DNA of 64,000 nucleotides from Candidatus Omnitrophota bacterium (GTDB taxonomy: Bacteria > Omnitrophota > Gorgyraeia > S143-82). The DNA is taken from contig WGBD01000008.1 of the NCBI GenBank assembly GCA_015494465.1, forward strand, positions 3,485 to 67,484, in the 5' to 3' direction. The notes under the pieces are model-generated. The model searched no databases, had not been told where the DNA came from, and saw only the letters and a program-made list of their open reading frames with translations. This document shows positions 55,831 through 64,000 of the stretch, one piece after another. A program made the translations under genes and the position numbers. Positions within the stretch are counted from its first letter, which is position 1, and each line of letters begins with the position of its first letter.

Positions 55831-57393
55831 TTACTTAAGCCGACAACATCTCATTTTCATCTTTTTGGTCCCGCATCCCCCAGTGCAGTCAAATCCTACA
55901 GCTACATATCCTCCGGGACAATTGCCCCACTTGGAGTCAGGCGTATACACACAATCGTTGTAATCTATGTGCACCGGATTCAGCATCTTACTTGCCCAAT
56001 CGGGGTGTACCCCCGGCTTTTTGGGATTAGCTATATAGATGTCCTTTACTACCACATAGCCATTCACATCCAGCCTAGTCTTCTCTCCACCAACCGTCCT
56101 GGTCCCTGAGGCCCCTAAACTACCTATCGCCATTCCCCCGTCAGCAAAGACCTGCACTCCTGACGATCCATTTCCAGCAGATAAGACCCTACCGTTGTGG
56201 TTGCCTTGCACGGTCAAAAGGGCTCGAGGAGTGGCGCTGCCACCCACCACTACCGCACCACTTGGTCCCACCCTCAGGTGATACGGAGTTCCAACCACAT
56301 CCAACAACTGACCGCTCCCTTTGCTGGTAACGGTAAGACTTGCGTTCAACGAGCCAAAGGACACCGTACCGATTACGACTCTACCACCTGAATCGATACC
56401 CAGTGCAGGTACCCCTCGAGGTGAAAGGATAATGTTCTCTCCGCTCCCTCCGGAGATGGAGCCAAACTCAGCGGCAGAAAGGCCTTGATTGTAACCGAGA
56501 TAGCCTATCCCGTTCATGCCGGGATCCAACCAATACAATGCCGATCTGCTGTTGCCCACTCCGGCTATGTAAAAGACCGCCCTGTCTCCGTATCCACTAG
56601 GGTCGTACATGTCTGGCTGCGGGTGGAGAGGATCCAATACCATCTGACTAGCGTACACCTGCAACGGAACGGGGCTCATCAGCTGATGGTCTACGACGCC
56701 TATCTGTAATGGTTTTTGGGAGTATATGGAATTCTTTTTCCCTCCCGAAGTCTGTTCCGCAACCCAGATCCCCACCCGGTTGTCTCCACTGCCTGCCCAG
56801 ATCCCTCCCTTCTGGCTCCCATCCGTACCAAGCCCCACCAGATAGTTCCCAGCAGAGTCACCGATAACCAGCCCGGATATATTGCCACCTCTACAGACGA
56901 ATTCCGGCTGAAGGCCAAAGTGCCCTATACCTAGCTCCAACTCCGGATGCTGCCCGTCTCCCTCCTTTCTAACATACACACTCACATCCTGAAAATCCCC
57001 GGAAAGAGTAGAAACCGGACCTATAGTCAATACCCCACCATCGGTGTAGGTCAGGGCATCGTTGCCTGCGTTTATCATCGCTTCAGGCCCGGCAACTACC
57101 CGCAACTTCGCATTCCCTGCACCGCTAATCGTGGGCACTGCATCCGTACCGACACCATCGTACTCGCCAATTACCACCGCCCGCTTTACATAGGCCACGC
57201 CTTCGTGTGCATATACCGCATTGGCATCTATGTAATCCGGGACATTTCTGTCCCCGACCACCAAAGAAACCGCCCGCAATTCTACATACTCTCCATAGGG
57301 CGAAGGATAGTAGACCGACACCTTTGATCGCGCCCAGCCCAAGGTAAACACGCCAAACACCAGCCCTACTAATGCTAGAAAACACTTCTTCAT
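55831..57393 (-). CDS. Exported YYPSPYGEY-motif fibre/adhesin-like protein
   Basis: Signal peptide, VSVYYPSPYGEYVELR, Gly-rich repeats IDSGGRVVIGT / VGPSGAVVVGG / VFADGGMAIGS...LDVNG, Cys-rich tip CPGGYVAVG...CCRL. Confidence 0.7.
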   Translation of the reverse strand: MKKCFLALVGLVFGVFTLGWARSKVSVYYPSPYGEYVELRAVSLVVGDRNVPDYIDANAVYAHEGVAYVKRAVVIGEYDGVGTDAVPTISGAGNAKLRVVAGPEAMINAGNDALTYTDGGVLTIGPVSTLSGDFQDVSVYVRKEGDGQHPELELGIGHFGLQPEFVCRGGNISGLVIGDSAGNYLVGLGTDGSQKGGIWAGSGDNRVGIWVAEQTSGGKKNSIYSQKPLQIGVVDHQLMSPVPLQVYASQMVLDPLHPQPDMYDPSGYGDRAVFYIAGVGNSRSALYWLDPGMNGIGYLGYNQGLSAAEFGSISGGSGENIILSPRGVPALGIDSGGRVVIGTVSFGSLNASLTVTSKGSGQLLDVVGTPYHLRVGPSGAVVVGGSATPRALLTVQGNHNGRVLSAGNGSSGVQVFADGGMAIGSLGASGTRTVGGEKTRLDVNGYVVVKDIYIANPKKPGVHPDWASKMLNPVHIDYNDCVYTPDSKWGNCPGGYVAVGFDCTGGCGTKKMKMRCCRLK

Positions 57394-57401
57394 GGCACCT
57401 C

Positions 57402-57602
57402 CTATCCCCTAGAAAGGACCCTCCTTACCTCCCAATCCGAATCCTCGGTTATACGGGGGTTTACTATCAATCTATTGGACTTCTTATCTATACAAATCAC
57501 CTCTTCGTAAAAAACACCCCTCTCCCGCAGGACATCCCACAGTCTCCTCCCCACCATATCTTGATCGAATATGTCCTTACCGTCCAACAACAACCGCCCC
57601 AT
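57402..57602 (-). CDS. TtuB/ThiS-like ubiquitin-fold sulfur carrier with atypical C-terminus
   Basis: 66 aa; LWDVLRERGVFYEEVI...ITEDSDWEVRRVLSRG resembles TtuB; ttuA lies one gene downstream. Confidence 0.6.
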   Translation of the reverse strand: MGRLLLDGKDIFDQDMVGRRLWDVLRERGVFYEEVICIDKKSNRLIVNPRITEDSDWEVRRVLSRG

Positions 57603-57605
57603 ACA

Positions 57606-58139
57606 TCAAAACCTGCCCTTTACCCCTGCTACTACACCTTGGGTGTTCACTCCCTTGTTAGGTTCCTCTAAGCCCGCGTTGGAGAAGTGCCTTATTCTGT
57701 ACTCAATGGACATACTCCACCTCTTATCCACCTTCCACTCTACCCCAGCCCCCGCAAACGAGAAGAAGTTCCATTGACTGCCCTGCTCGTTGGTGTGCTG
57801 GGTGGTGTAACCGGGCCCAGTCCCCCCCCTCAAGTAAGGGGACAATCTTTTATCCTTCCCAAATGGATGCCAGACGAGGTTGAAACTCAACCCGAACTCC
57901 ACATTGGTCTCCGGCCCGATCACCGGGTTGACAAAGGGCTCCAACTCAAAGTCCCACTTATCGTTCAGGGCCCTGCCTATTGCCACATATATGGGGGTGA
58001 TCTCGTAATCGTCCTTGTCAGCCAATTCGTCGTCCACCATGTAGCCGGAACTCACCCAGACATAATCCCAGGCCAACAACCTCCCCACGGCACACACAAC
58101 TAATAAGGAGAATAGACAAACCGCCACCTTGCTCCTCAT
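57606..58139 (-). CDS. Acyloxyacyl hydrolase / lipid A 3-O-deacylase (PagL-like)
   Basis: Signal peptide, beta-barrel pattern, YRIRHFSNAGLEEPNKGVN, terminal Phe. Confidence 0.88.
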   Translation of the reverse strand: MRSKVAVCLFSLLVVCAVGRLLAWDYVWVSSGYMVDDELADKDDYEITPIYVAIGRALNDKWDFELEPFVNPVIGPETNVEFGLSFNLVWHPFGKDKRLSPYLRGGTGPGYTTQHTNEQGSQWNFFSFAGAGVEWKVDKRWSMSIEYRIRHFSNAGLEEPNKGVNTQGVVAGVKGRF

Positions 58140-58159
58140 ACCAACGCCCCCCTGTTTAT

Positions 58160-59434
58160 TCAGGCCACACACAACACGAATCCGCTCCTCACCTTGGGAT
58201 AGAAGTAAGTGGACTTCTGGGGCATCCGCTCACCCTTCAGGGCCACCTCGTAGACCCTATCCAGAGATGTGGGCCTCACCACAAAACCCGCCTGTCCGGG
58301 CAAGGGGTTCAGGACCTTCTCCAGCGACTTCTCGTAGGAGAAGTTGCCCTCCTCCTGACGCACCTTCAACAACGGCATAAGCAGGTTGTGCAACACCACG
58401 ATGTGCAACCTGCGATACTCCTTGGAGAAAGACGGGAGGCTCTCTTCTAAGAGATCCGCAGGATCCAGATCCTTTTTAAGCGACACCTTGAATGTCCCGA
58501 AACTGCAGATCAAACCGTACTCGTACTCTCCCCGCTCACCTCGGGATATGGCCTCCATCTCGCTGGCCTTGGAGACCTCCACGGAGAAGACATTGCCCAA
58601 GGAGTTCAACAACTCCTCTTCACCGTTGATGGAAAACTCCTTCACCCTGCGGTGGATGGGGAGGATGGTTATGTTCTCGGGATTCATCGGGGCGAAGTAG
58701 ACCATTATGTAGTTATACCAGGCCTCCGGATCGTAGTCCCCGCTCTCCTTCATGTGATCCCGATACCTCAAGGCCACCTCAAAGCGGTGGTGGCCGTCGG
58801 CTATCAACGCCCGCTTGTCAAACACCAAGGTCTTGAGTTTCTCAATCCAATCCCTATCCACGACCCTGCCGACGGAGTGCAGTCCCTGATCGTCCTTAGC
58901 AGTCACCTCCTCTATCACCTCCGCACCGCGCAGGTGATCGAGTATGAGCTTGTCCTTATCCGGGAGGAGGAAGAAGACCGGCTCCAGGATGGCGCGGGTC
59001 TGTTTCAACAGATCGAACCGATCTTCTTTGGGGCCGGAGTGGGTGTTCTCGTGAGGCAATACCCATCCGGGTTCTTCGGGCAGTCTGAATAGGGCAACGA
59101 ACCCCCAACGCTCCCTCTCCCTACCAGCGTAGGAGTAAGTCTGGCGATAAAGATAGATACTGTCCTCTCGGTCCTGCACCAGCACCCCGCTGGAAAGCCA
59201 GGTATCAATAAGTGTGCGCACCGGGGAGTAATCCCGCACTTCCATCCCTATGGATTCAGAGAGGGGCTTGCTGAGGACTACCTGAACGAAGTTGTAATCC
59301 GAGAGGTTCAGGAGGTCCTCCCTCTCAAGGTCGTCTATGACGTCGTAAGGCGGGCAGGTGAGATCAGTCCAGTCCCTACCGAACCTATCGGGATTGTAGC
59401 GCACCCCCTTAAAGGATCTTATTTCTAATCCCAT
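58160..59434 (-). CDS. DUF1015 family protein
   Basis: CPPYDVI, LPHENT, IADGHHR, MPQKSTYFYPK. Confidence 0.92.
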   Translation of the reverse strand: MGLEIRSFKGVRYNPDRFGRDWTDLTCPPYDVIDDLEREDLLNLSDYNFVQVVLSKPLSESIGMEVRDYSPVRTLIDTWLSSGVLVQDREDSIYLYRQTYSYAGRERERWGFVALFRLPEEPGWVLPHENTHSGPKEDRFDLLKQTRAILEPVFFLLPDKDKLILDHLRGAEVIEEVTAKDDQGLHSVGRVVDRDWIEKLKTLVFDKRALIADGHHRFEVALRYRDHMKESGDYDPEAWYNYIMVYFAPMNPENITILPIHRRVKEFSINGEEELLNSLGNVFSVEVSKASEMEAISRGERGEYEYGLICSFGTFKVSLKKDLDPADLLEESLPSFSKEYRRLHIVVLHNLLMPLLKVRQEEGNFSYEKSLEKVLNPLPGQAGFVVRPTSLDRVYEVALKGERMPQKSTYFYPKVRSGFVLCVA

Positions 59435-59834
59435 CCAACCACTCCCTCTCAAATACCACCGCGAATATCCAGACCCCTAAAAAGGCGCCGATCAGATCCG
59501 CCATCACATCTACCACCGACGGCGTGCGCATGGGAATCGCCACCTGATATATCTCGTTCACGATTCCCACCGCCACCGAAAACGAGATAACCGGGTAGGG
59601 ATAAAAACCCTCGTAGCGAAGAAAGACAAGATAGGAGACCAGAAAAGAGAGCAGGGCGTACTCAACTATGTGGGCGATGTAATCCATCCCCGAAGGGAGG
59701 TAGAGTTTATCCCCGGGGATTGAGGAAAGCAGGAAGATAATAACGATGTAAAGCAGGGTGAGGAAACCTACAAACGCCCGATTAAGGATTCTCTTTCCCT
59801 GTAGTGCCCTGCTGAGAGGCGTCTTTGGAACCAT
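59409..59834 (-). CDS. VanZ family membrane protein
   Basis: IFLLSSIP, DYIAHIVEYALL, EIYQ..IP.R..S..D..AD. Confidence 0.85.
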   Translation of the reverse strand: MVPKTPLSRALQGKRILNRAFVGFLTLLYIVIIFLLSSIPGDKLYLPSGMDYIAHIVEYALLSFLVSYLVFLRYEGFYPYPVISFSVAVGIVNEIYQVAIPMRTPSVVDVMADLIGAFLGVWIFAVVFEREWLDGIRNKIL

Positions 59835-60057
59835 CCGAGGATCCCTTTTCTTTCCCTCCTGAAGGGGCGGACTTCCTCTTGTAATCGGTCTCGTAAAAAC
59901 CGCTCCCCTTGAATATAATCCCCATCCCCGTACCGATTAATCTCCGAAGACTATTTTTACCACACTTCGGACACTTTTGCAAAGGAGGTTCGGACATACT
60001 CTGGAATTCCTCAAACGTATGATCACAGGCCTGGCATTGATATTCGTAAGTCGGCAT
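59782..60057 (-). CDS. FmdB-family zinc-ribbon protein
   Basis: MPTYEYQCQAC...CPKCG, IIFKGSGFYETDY. Confidence 0.92.
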   Translation of the reverse strand: MPTYEYQCQACDHTFEEFQSMSEPPLQKCPKCGKNSLRRLIGTGMGIIFKGSGFYETDYKRKSAPSGGKEKGSSDGSKDASQQGTTGKENP

Positions 60058-60074
60058 GTCCCATCACCTCTCCG

Positions 60075-61214
60075 CTAGAACTTCCAAAATCCTGCCTTTT
60101 CTAACACCCGCTCTCCCCTCAACCGGGCTATTTCTCTGAGTAGTTCCTCCTCCTTACCCGATACCGATCTGGGGATCTCCACCTGCACCTCCACATACTG
60201 ATCACCAACCCCACGCCCCCTTACATCGGGCATACCCTTGCCCTTAAGCCTGAGTTTTGCGCCCGGCTGGGTGCCCGGCGGGACCTTGACCTTGGCCTTG
60301 CCCGAGAGGGTAGGCACCTCTATCTCGGTGCCAAGGGCTGCTTGATACATAGATATCTTGTGCCTGACATATATGTCCCGTCCCCGGCGCTCGAATACCG
60401 GATGGGGCGCTATCCTCACCAGGACATACAGGTCTCCTGGCCTCCCCCCGGCAACCTGCTCACCTTCTCCTGCAAGCCTCAAGTGCGTCCCGTCCTCTAT
60501 CCCTGCCGGGACCTTGACCTTTATCCTGCGGGAGACCAAGGCGTACCCCGATCCACCGCAATTAGAACAGGGTTTAGTTATCACCTGACCGCTTCCGCCA
60601 CAGCGGGGACAGGTGGTCTGCATGGTGAAAAATCCCGCAGACCGGCTCACCACCCCCTTCCCCCTGCACTGAGGGCAGACCGTGGGTGCGGTCCCCGGAC
60701 TGGCACCACTTCCGTTACAGACACCGCAGGTCTCGTACCTCTGTACGGTTATCGTCTTTTCTGTACCTCTGTAAGCCTCCTCCAAGGAAATCGTTATCTG
60801 GACCTCCTGATCCCGCCCCTTTCGCCTCTTGGCACCACGCCTACCAGCAGTGCGGTATTCAAACACATCGCCAAAACCAAAACTCCTCAGGAGGTCGTCC
60901 AACCCGAAGTCGCCAAATATGTCCTGAAGGTCGTCGAAGTGAGTGAAGTTGGACCACTGAAACCCTCCTGCACCGAAGGACTGCCTGGCAGCGTCGTAAC
61001 CGTAGGTGTCGTATATCTTACGCTTTTCGGGGTCGCTCAGGACCTCGTAGGCCTCGGAGATCTCCTTGAACTTCTCCTCGGCCTCTTTCTTGTTGTCGGG
61101 ATTCCTGTCGGGATGCCACTTCAGGGCAAGCTTCCTGTAGGCCTGCTTTATCTCCTCCTGAGTGGCATCCCGACTCACGCCCAGTATCTGGTAATAGTCC
61201 TTCTGCTGAGCCAT
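60075..61214 (-). CDS. dnaJ: Chaperone DnaJ
   Basis: J domain with HPD, G/F-rich region, four CxxCxGxG repeats. Confidence 0.98.
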   Translation of the reverse strand: MAQQKDYYQILGVSRDATQEEIKQAYRKLALKWHPDRNPDNKKEAEEKFKEISEAYEVLSDPEKRKIYDTYGYDAARQSFGAGGFQWSNFTHFDDLQDIFGDFGLDDLLRSFGFGDVFEYRTAGRRGAKRRKGRDQEVQITISLEEAYRGTEKTITVQRYETCGVCNGSGASPGTAPTVCPQCRGKGVVSRSAGFFTMQTTCPRCGGSGQVITKPCSNCGGSGYALVSRRIKVKVPAGIEDGTHLRLAGEGEQVAGGRPGDLYVLVRIAPHPVFERRGRDIYVRHKISMYQAALGTEIEVPTLSGKAKVKVPPGTQPGAKLRLKGKGMPDVRGRGVGDQYVEVQVEIPRSVSGKEEELLREIARLRGERVLEKAGFWKF

Positions 61215-61223
61215 CCCGATAGT

Positions 61224-63116
61224 TTACTCCTCCTTGAACTCCGCGTCTATCACATCGTCTCCGCCTTTATCCGAAGAGCCTCCCTGAGCAGAAGACCCTC
61301 CTGAAGAGGCCTCTCCTCCAGCGGATCCAGCTGCACCGGCACTGGCGCCTGCCTCGCCACTGGCCTGGGCCTTCTTGTACATCTCCTCGGCCAGTTTGTG
61401 CGAGGCCTGCACCAAGGTCTCCATCTTCTGCTTTATCTGATCAATACTACCCTCCTTTATGGCGTTCTTGAGCTCGAGGAGATGGCCCTCTATCTTGGCC
61501 TTCTCCTGGGGATCTATCTTGTCCCCGACCTCCTTCAGGGCGCGCTCGGTGGTATAGACCAACTGATCCGCCTGATTGCGCAGTTCCACCTCTTCCCTGC
61601 GCTTCCTGTCCTGCTCCGCAAACTGCTCTGCCTCCTTTATCATCCTGTCTATCTCCTCACGGGAGAGCTTATTCGGAGCAGTTATCTTTATGGCCTGCTC
61701 CTTGCCGGTGGCAAGGTCCTTGGCGGAGACATGCAGGATACCGTCCGCGTCGATGTCAAAGGTGACCTCTATCTTCGGGACACCCCGCGGTGCAGGAGGT
61801 ATCCCGACGAGGTCAAATCGCCCGAGCTCCACATTGTCGTCGGCCATGGGCCTCTCTCCCTGAAGGACCCTTATGGTCACCGCGCTCTGGTTGTCTTCCG
61901 CGGTGGTGAATATCTGGCTCTTACGGGTGGGTATAGTGGTGTTGCGCTCTATTATCTTGGTGAATACCCCACCCAGGGTCTCTATACCGAGGGAAAGAGG
62001 AGTTACATCCAGAAGGAGCACATCCTTGACCTCCCCTTTAAGGACCGCTGCCTGTATCGCAGCGCCGATAGCCACGCACTCCATAGGATCTATACCGCGT
62101 TCTATCTTCTTGCCGATGTACTCCTCCACCGTGCGCTGGACGATGGGCATACGGGTCGGTCCACCGACCATGATTATCTTGTCTATCTGATTCGGGGTGA
62201 GGTTGGCGTCCTTAAGGGCCTGCTCTATCGGCCCCTTACACCTCTCCACGATGGGCCTGACCAGTTCCTCCAACTTGGCCCGGTTGATGGTCATAGTCAG
62301 GTGCTTGGGGCCAGAGGCATCGGCGGTGATGAACGGCAGATTGATGTCCGTCTCCAAGACGGAAGACAACTCTATCTTGGCCTTCTCCGCTGCCTCTACT
62401 ATCCTCTGCCAGGCCATCTTGTCCTGCTTCAGGTCAATACCCTCCTTCTTCTTAAACTCCTCAACGATGTACTCCGCAAGAGCCAGATCCATGTCCGTAC
62501 CACCGAGCTGGGTATCACCACTGGTGGCAAGGACCTCAAACACCCCGTTGGACATGTCCATTATGGTTACATCCAAAGTACCACCACCCAGGTCGAAGAC
62601 GAGTATCTTGAGGTTCTGGTTCAACTTGTCCAGACCGAACGCAAGACAAGCAGCGGTTGGCTCGTTGATGATGCGCAGGACCTTAAGCCCTGCGATCTCA
62701 CCCGCGTCCTTCGTCGCCTGACGCTGGTTGTCGTTGAAGTAGGCAGGAACGGTTATGACCGCCTCGGTAACCGGCTCACCCAAGAAGGCCTCCGCGTCCC
62801 TCTTTATCTTCTGGAGGATAAACGCGGAGATCTGCTGAGGGGTGTACTCTTTCCCGTATACGACGAACTTGTGGTTCGTACCCATGTACCTCTTCACCCG
62901 GGTAATGGTGCCTTCGGGGTTGATGGCCGCCTGCCTGCGGGCAGGTTCACCCACCAACAGTTGCCCATCCTTGGTGAAGGCCACCACCGACGGGAAGGCC
63001 TTTCCCCCTCCCACGGTAGTACCCTCAGCAGAAGGGATAATCTTTGCCTGTCCTCCCTCGTACACCGCAGCAGCGGAGTTGGAAGTCCCCAGATCTATCC
63101 CTATTGCCTTTGCCAT
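61224..63116 (-). CDS. dnaK: Chaperone DnaK (Hsp70)
   Basis: [30 protein letters not shown]. Confidence 0.99.
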   Translation of the reverse strand: MAKAIGIDLGTSNSAAAVYEGGQAKIIPSAEGTTVGGGKAFPSVVAFTKDGQLLVGEPARRQAAINPEGTITRVKRYMGTNHKFVVYGKEYTPQQISAFILQKIKRDAEAFLGEPVTEAVITVPAYFNDNQRQATKDAGEIAGLKVLRIINEPTAACLAFGLDKLNQNLKILVFDLGGGTLDVTIMDMSNGVFEVLATSGDTQLGGTDMDLALAEYIVEEFKKKEGIDLKQDKMAWQRIVEAAEKAKIELSSVLETDINLPFITADASGPKHLTMTINRAKLEELVRPIVERCKGPIEQALKDANLTPNQIDKIIMVGGPTRMPIVQRTVEEYIGKKIERGIDPMECVAIGAAIQAAVLKGEVKDVLLLDVTPLSLGIETLGGVFTKIIERNTTIPTRKSQIFTTAEDNQSAVTIRVLQGERPMADDNVELGRFDLVGIPPAPRGVPKIEVTFDIDADGILHVSAKDLATGKEQAIKITAPNKLSREEIDRMIKEAEQFAEQDRKRREEVELRNQADQLVYTTERALKEVGDKIDPQEKAKIEGHLLELKNAIKEGSIDQIKQKMETLVQASHKLAEEMYKKAQASGEAGASAGAAGSAGGEASSGGSSAQGGSSDKGGDDVIDAEFKEE

Positions 63117-63128
63117 AGTATCACCTCC

Positions 63129-63761
63129 CTATTTTTCGTCGTTGTCTCCTTCTTCGTCGTTCTTCTTTTCTTCTTTAACCTTCCCCTTGCTCACCTTGAC
63201 CCTAGCGGGTCTCAGGACCTTGTCGTGGAGCATGTATCCTTTTTGCAAGACCTCGATCACCGTGTTCTCCGGCACATCCTCCCGCTCCTCTTGGAGCAGG
63301 GCCTCGTGGTAGTCGGGATCAAAGGCCTTGCCCTCTGCCTCTATCTCCTGCACACCGTACTTGCGCAGGAGAGAGTAGAGGTCCTTGCCTATCATCTCCA
63401 GCCCCTGGATCAGCTTGTCAATGTCCGGGGTCGCTTTGGCGGAGTGATAGGCGCGCTCAAAGTCGTCCAGGACCGACAGGAAATCCTTTATCAGGTTGTA
63501 CTGAGCAAACTTTATAAACTCCTCCCGCTCCTTGTCCAGCCGTTTGCGGGCGTTCTCGTAATCCGCCTTTATTCGCAGGCACATCTCGTAGTACTCCTTT
63601 GCCTTCTGGGCCTGCTCTTTGAGTCTTTCGTATTCTTCTTTAGCCACGGAAACCACTTCCTCTCCCTGATCAGAGGCCTTCACCCCCTGATCGGAATCTC
63701 CCCTCCTTTCTCTCAACTCCTCTCTGTCCTTGAGGTCTTTCTCCCTTTCCATATCCATCAC
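63129..63761 (-). CDS. grpE: Nucleotide exchange factor GrpE
   Basis: ADYENARKR, FDPDYHEA, QKGYMLHDKVLRPARVKV. Confidence 0.97.
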   Translation of the reverse strand: MMDMEREKDLKDREELRERRGDSDQGVKASDQGEEVVSVAKEEYERLKEQAQKAKEYYEMCLRIKADYENARKRLDKEREEFIKFAQYNLIKDFLSVLDDFERAYHSAKATPDIDKLIQGLEMIGKDLYSLLRKYGVQEIEAEGKAFDPDYHEALLQEEREDVPENTVIEVLQKGYMLHDKVLRPARVKVSKGKVKEEKKNDEEGDNDEK

Positions 63762-64000
63762 CTATCCCAACCTCCTCCACAGGTCCTCCAACTCTCGGGA
63801 GACCTCCTCCAGCAACGCGATGTTGCGGGCGTAGTCCATGCGCATAGGTCCCAAGAGACCCAATCGGGCCTCTCTACCCTCGACCTTTCCGCAGTAGGAG
63901 ATCAAGAGTGCACAATCGCGGGTCTCGGGCATCCCTATTTCTTCACCGATGAAGACATCCACCCGATCCCGCAGATCCCTCCAGAACAGCTCGTACAACA
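63762..64000 (-). CDS. hrcA: Heat-inducible transcription repressor HrcA, C-terminal part (5' end outside the window)
   Basis: VFIGEE, LGLLGPMRMDY; directly upstream of grpE-dnaK-dnaJ. Confidence 0.85.
   Translation of the reverse strand, partial: LYELFWRDLRDRVDVFIGEEIGMPETRDCALLISYCGKVEGREARLGLLGPMRMDYARNIALLEEVSRELEDLWRRLG

Noticed and set aside
61255-61370. Low-complexity repeat-like sequence at the dnaK 3' end
   Set aside because: Encodes the ordinary Gly/Ser/Ala-rich DnaK tail, not a DNA repeat element
1-64000. CRISPR array, rRNA, tRNA, CIRCE element
   Set aside because: No regularly spaced repeats or RNA-gene signatures noticed; CIRCE would lie upstream of hrcA, outside the window

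Overview
Gene-dense 64-kb bacterial window, mostly minus-strand, with GC-rich housekeeping operons: murA, two-subunit fumarase, metK, PTS EI/HPr, GH57, carAB, dapA, uvrA, coaD, ruvA, hisA, secA, ttuA and hrcA(partial)-grpE-dnaK-dnaJ. PagL-like and Omp85-like barrels indicate a diderm host. Two protein families (YYPSPYGEY proteins and WVNL...GGILL modular proteins) suggest Omnitrophota, and ttuA/ttuB suggests a thermophile; both are inferences. The most interesting region is a visibly AT-richer 13-kb island (about 28.4-41.6 kb, between dapA and uvrA). It encodes a His-Xaa-Ser-type radical SAM peptide-modification system: HxsB, two HxsD-like proteins, and two His-rich precursors whose leaders carry a Flp/class III-like FLxDESG|F motif. 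It also encodes a dedicated A24 prepilin peptidase, three more radical SAM enzymes and a sugar-tailoring set (two glycosyltransferases, a DegT aminotransferase, a GNAT-like protein and a deacetylase). This points to a candidate prepilin-peptidase-processed, crosslinked and glycosylated RiPP or surface peptide. I recognised no tRNA, rRNA, CRISPR array, integrase or transposase. All calls come from motif recognition by eye; no searches were run.
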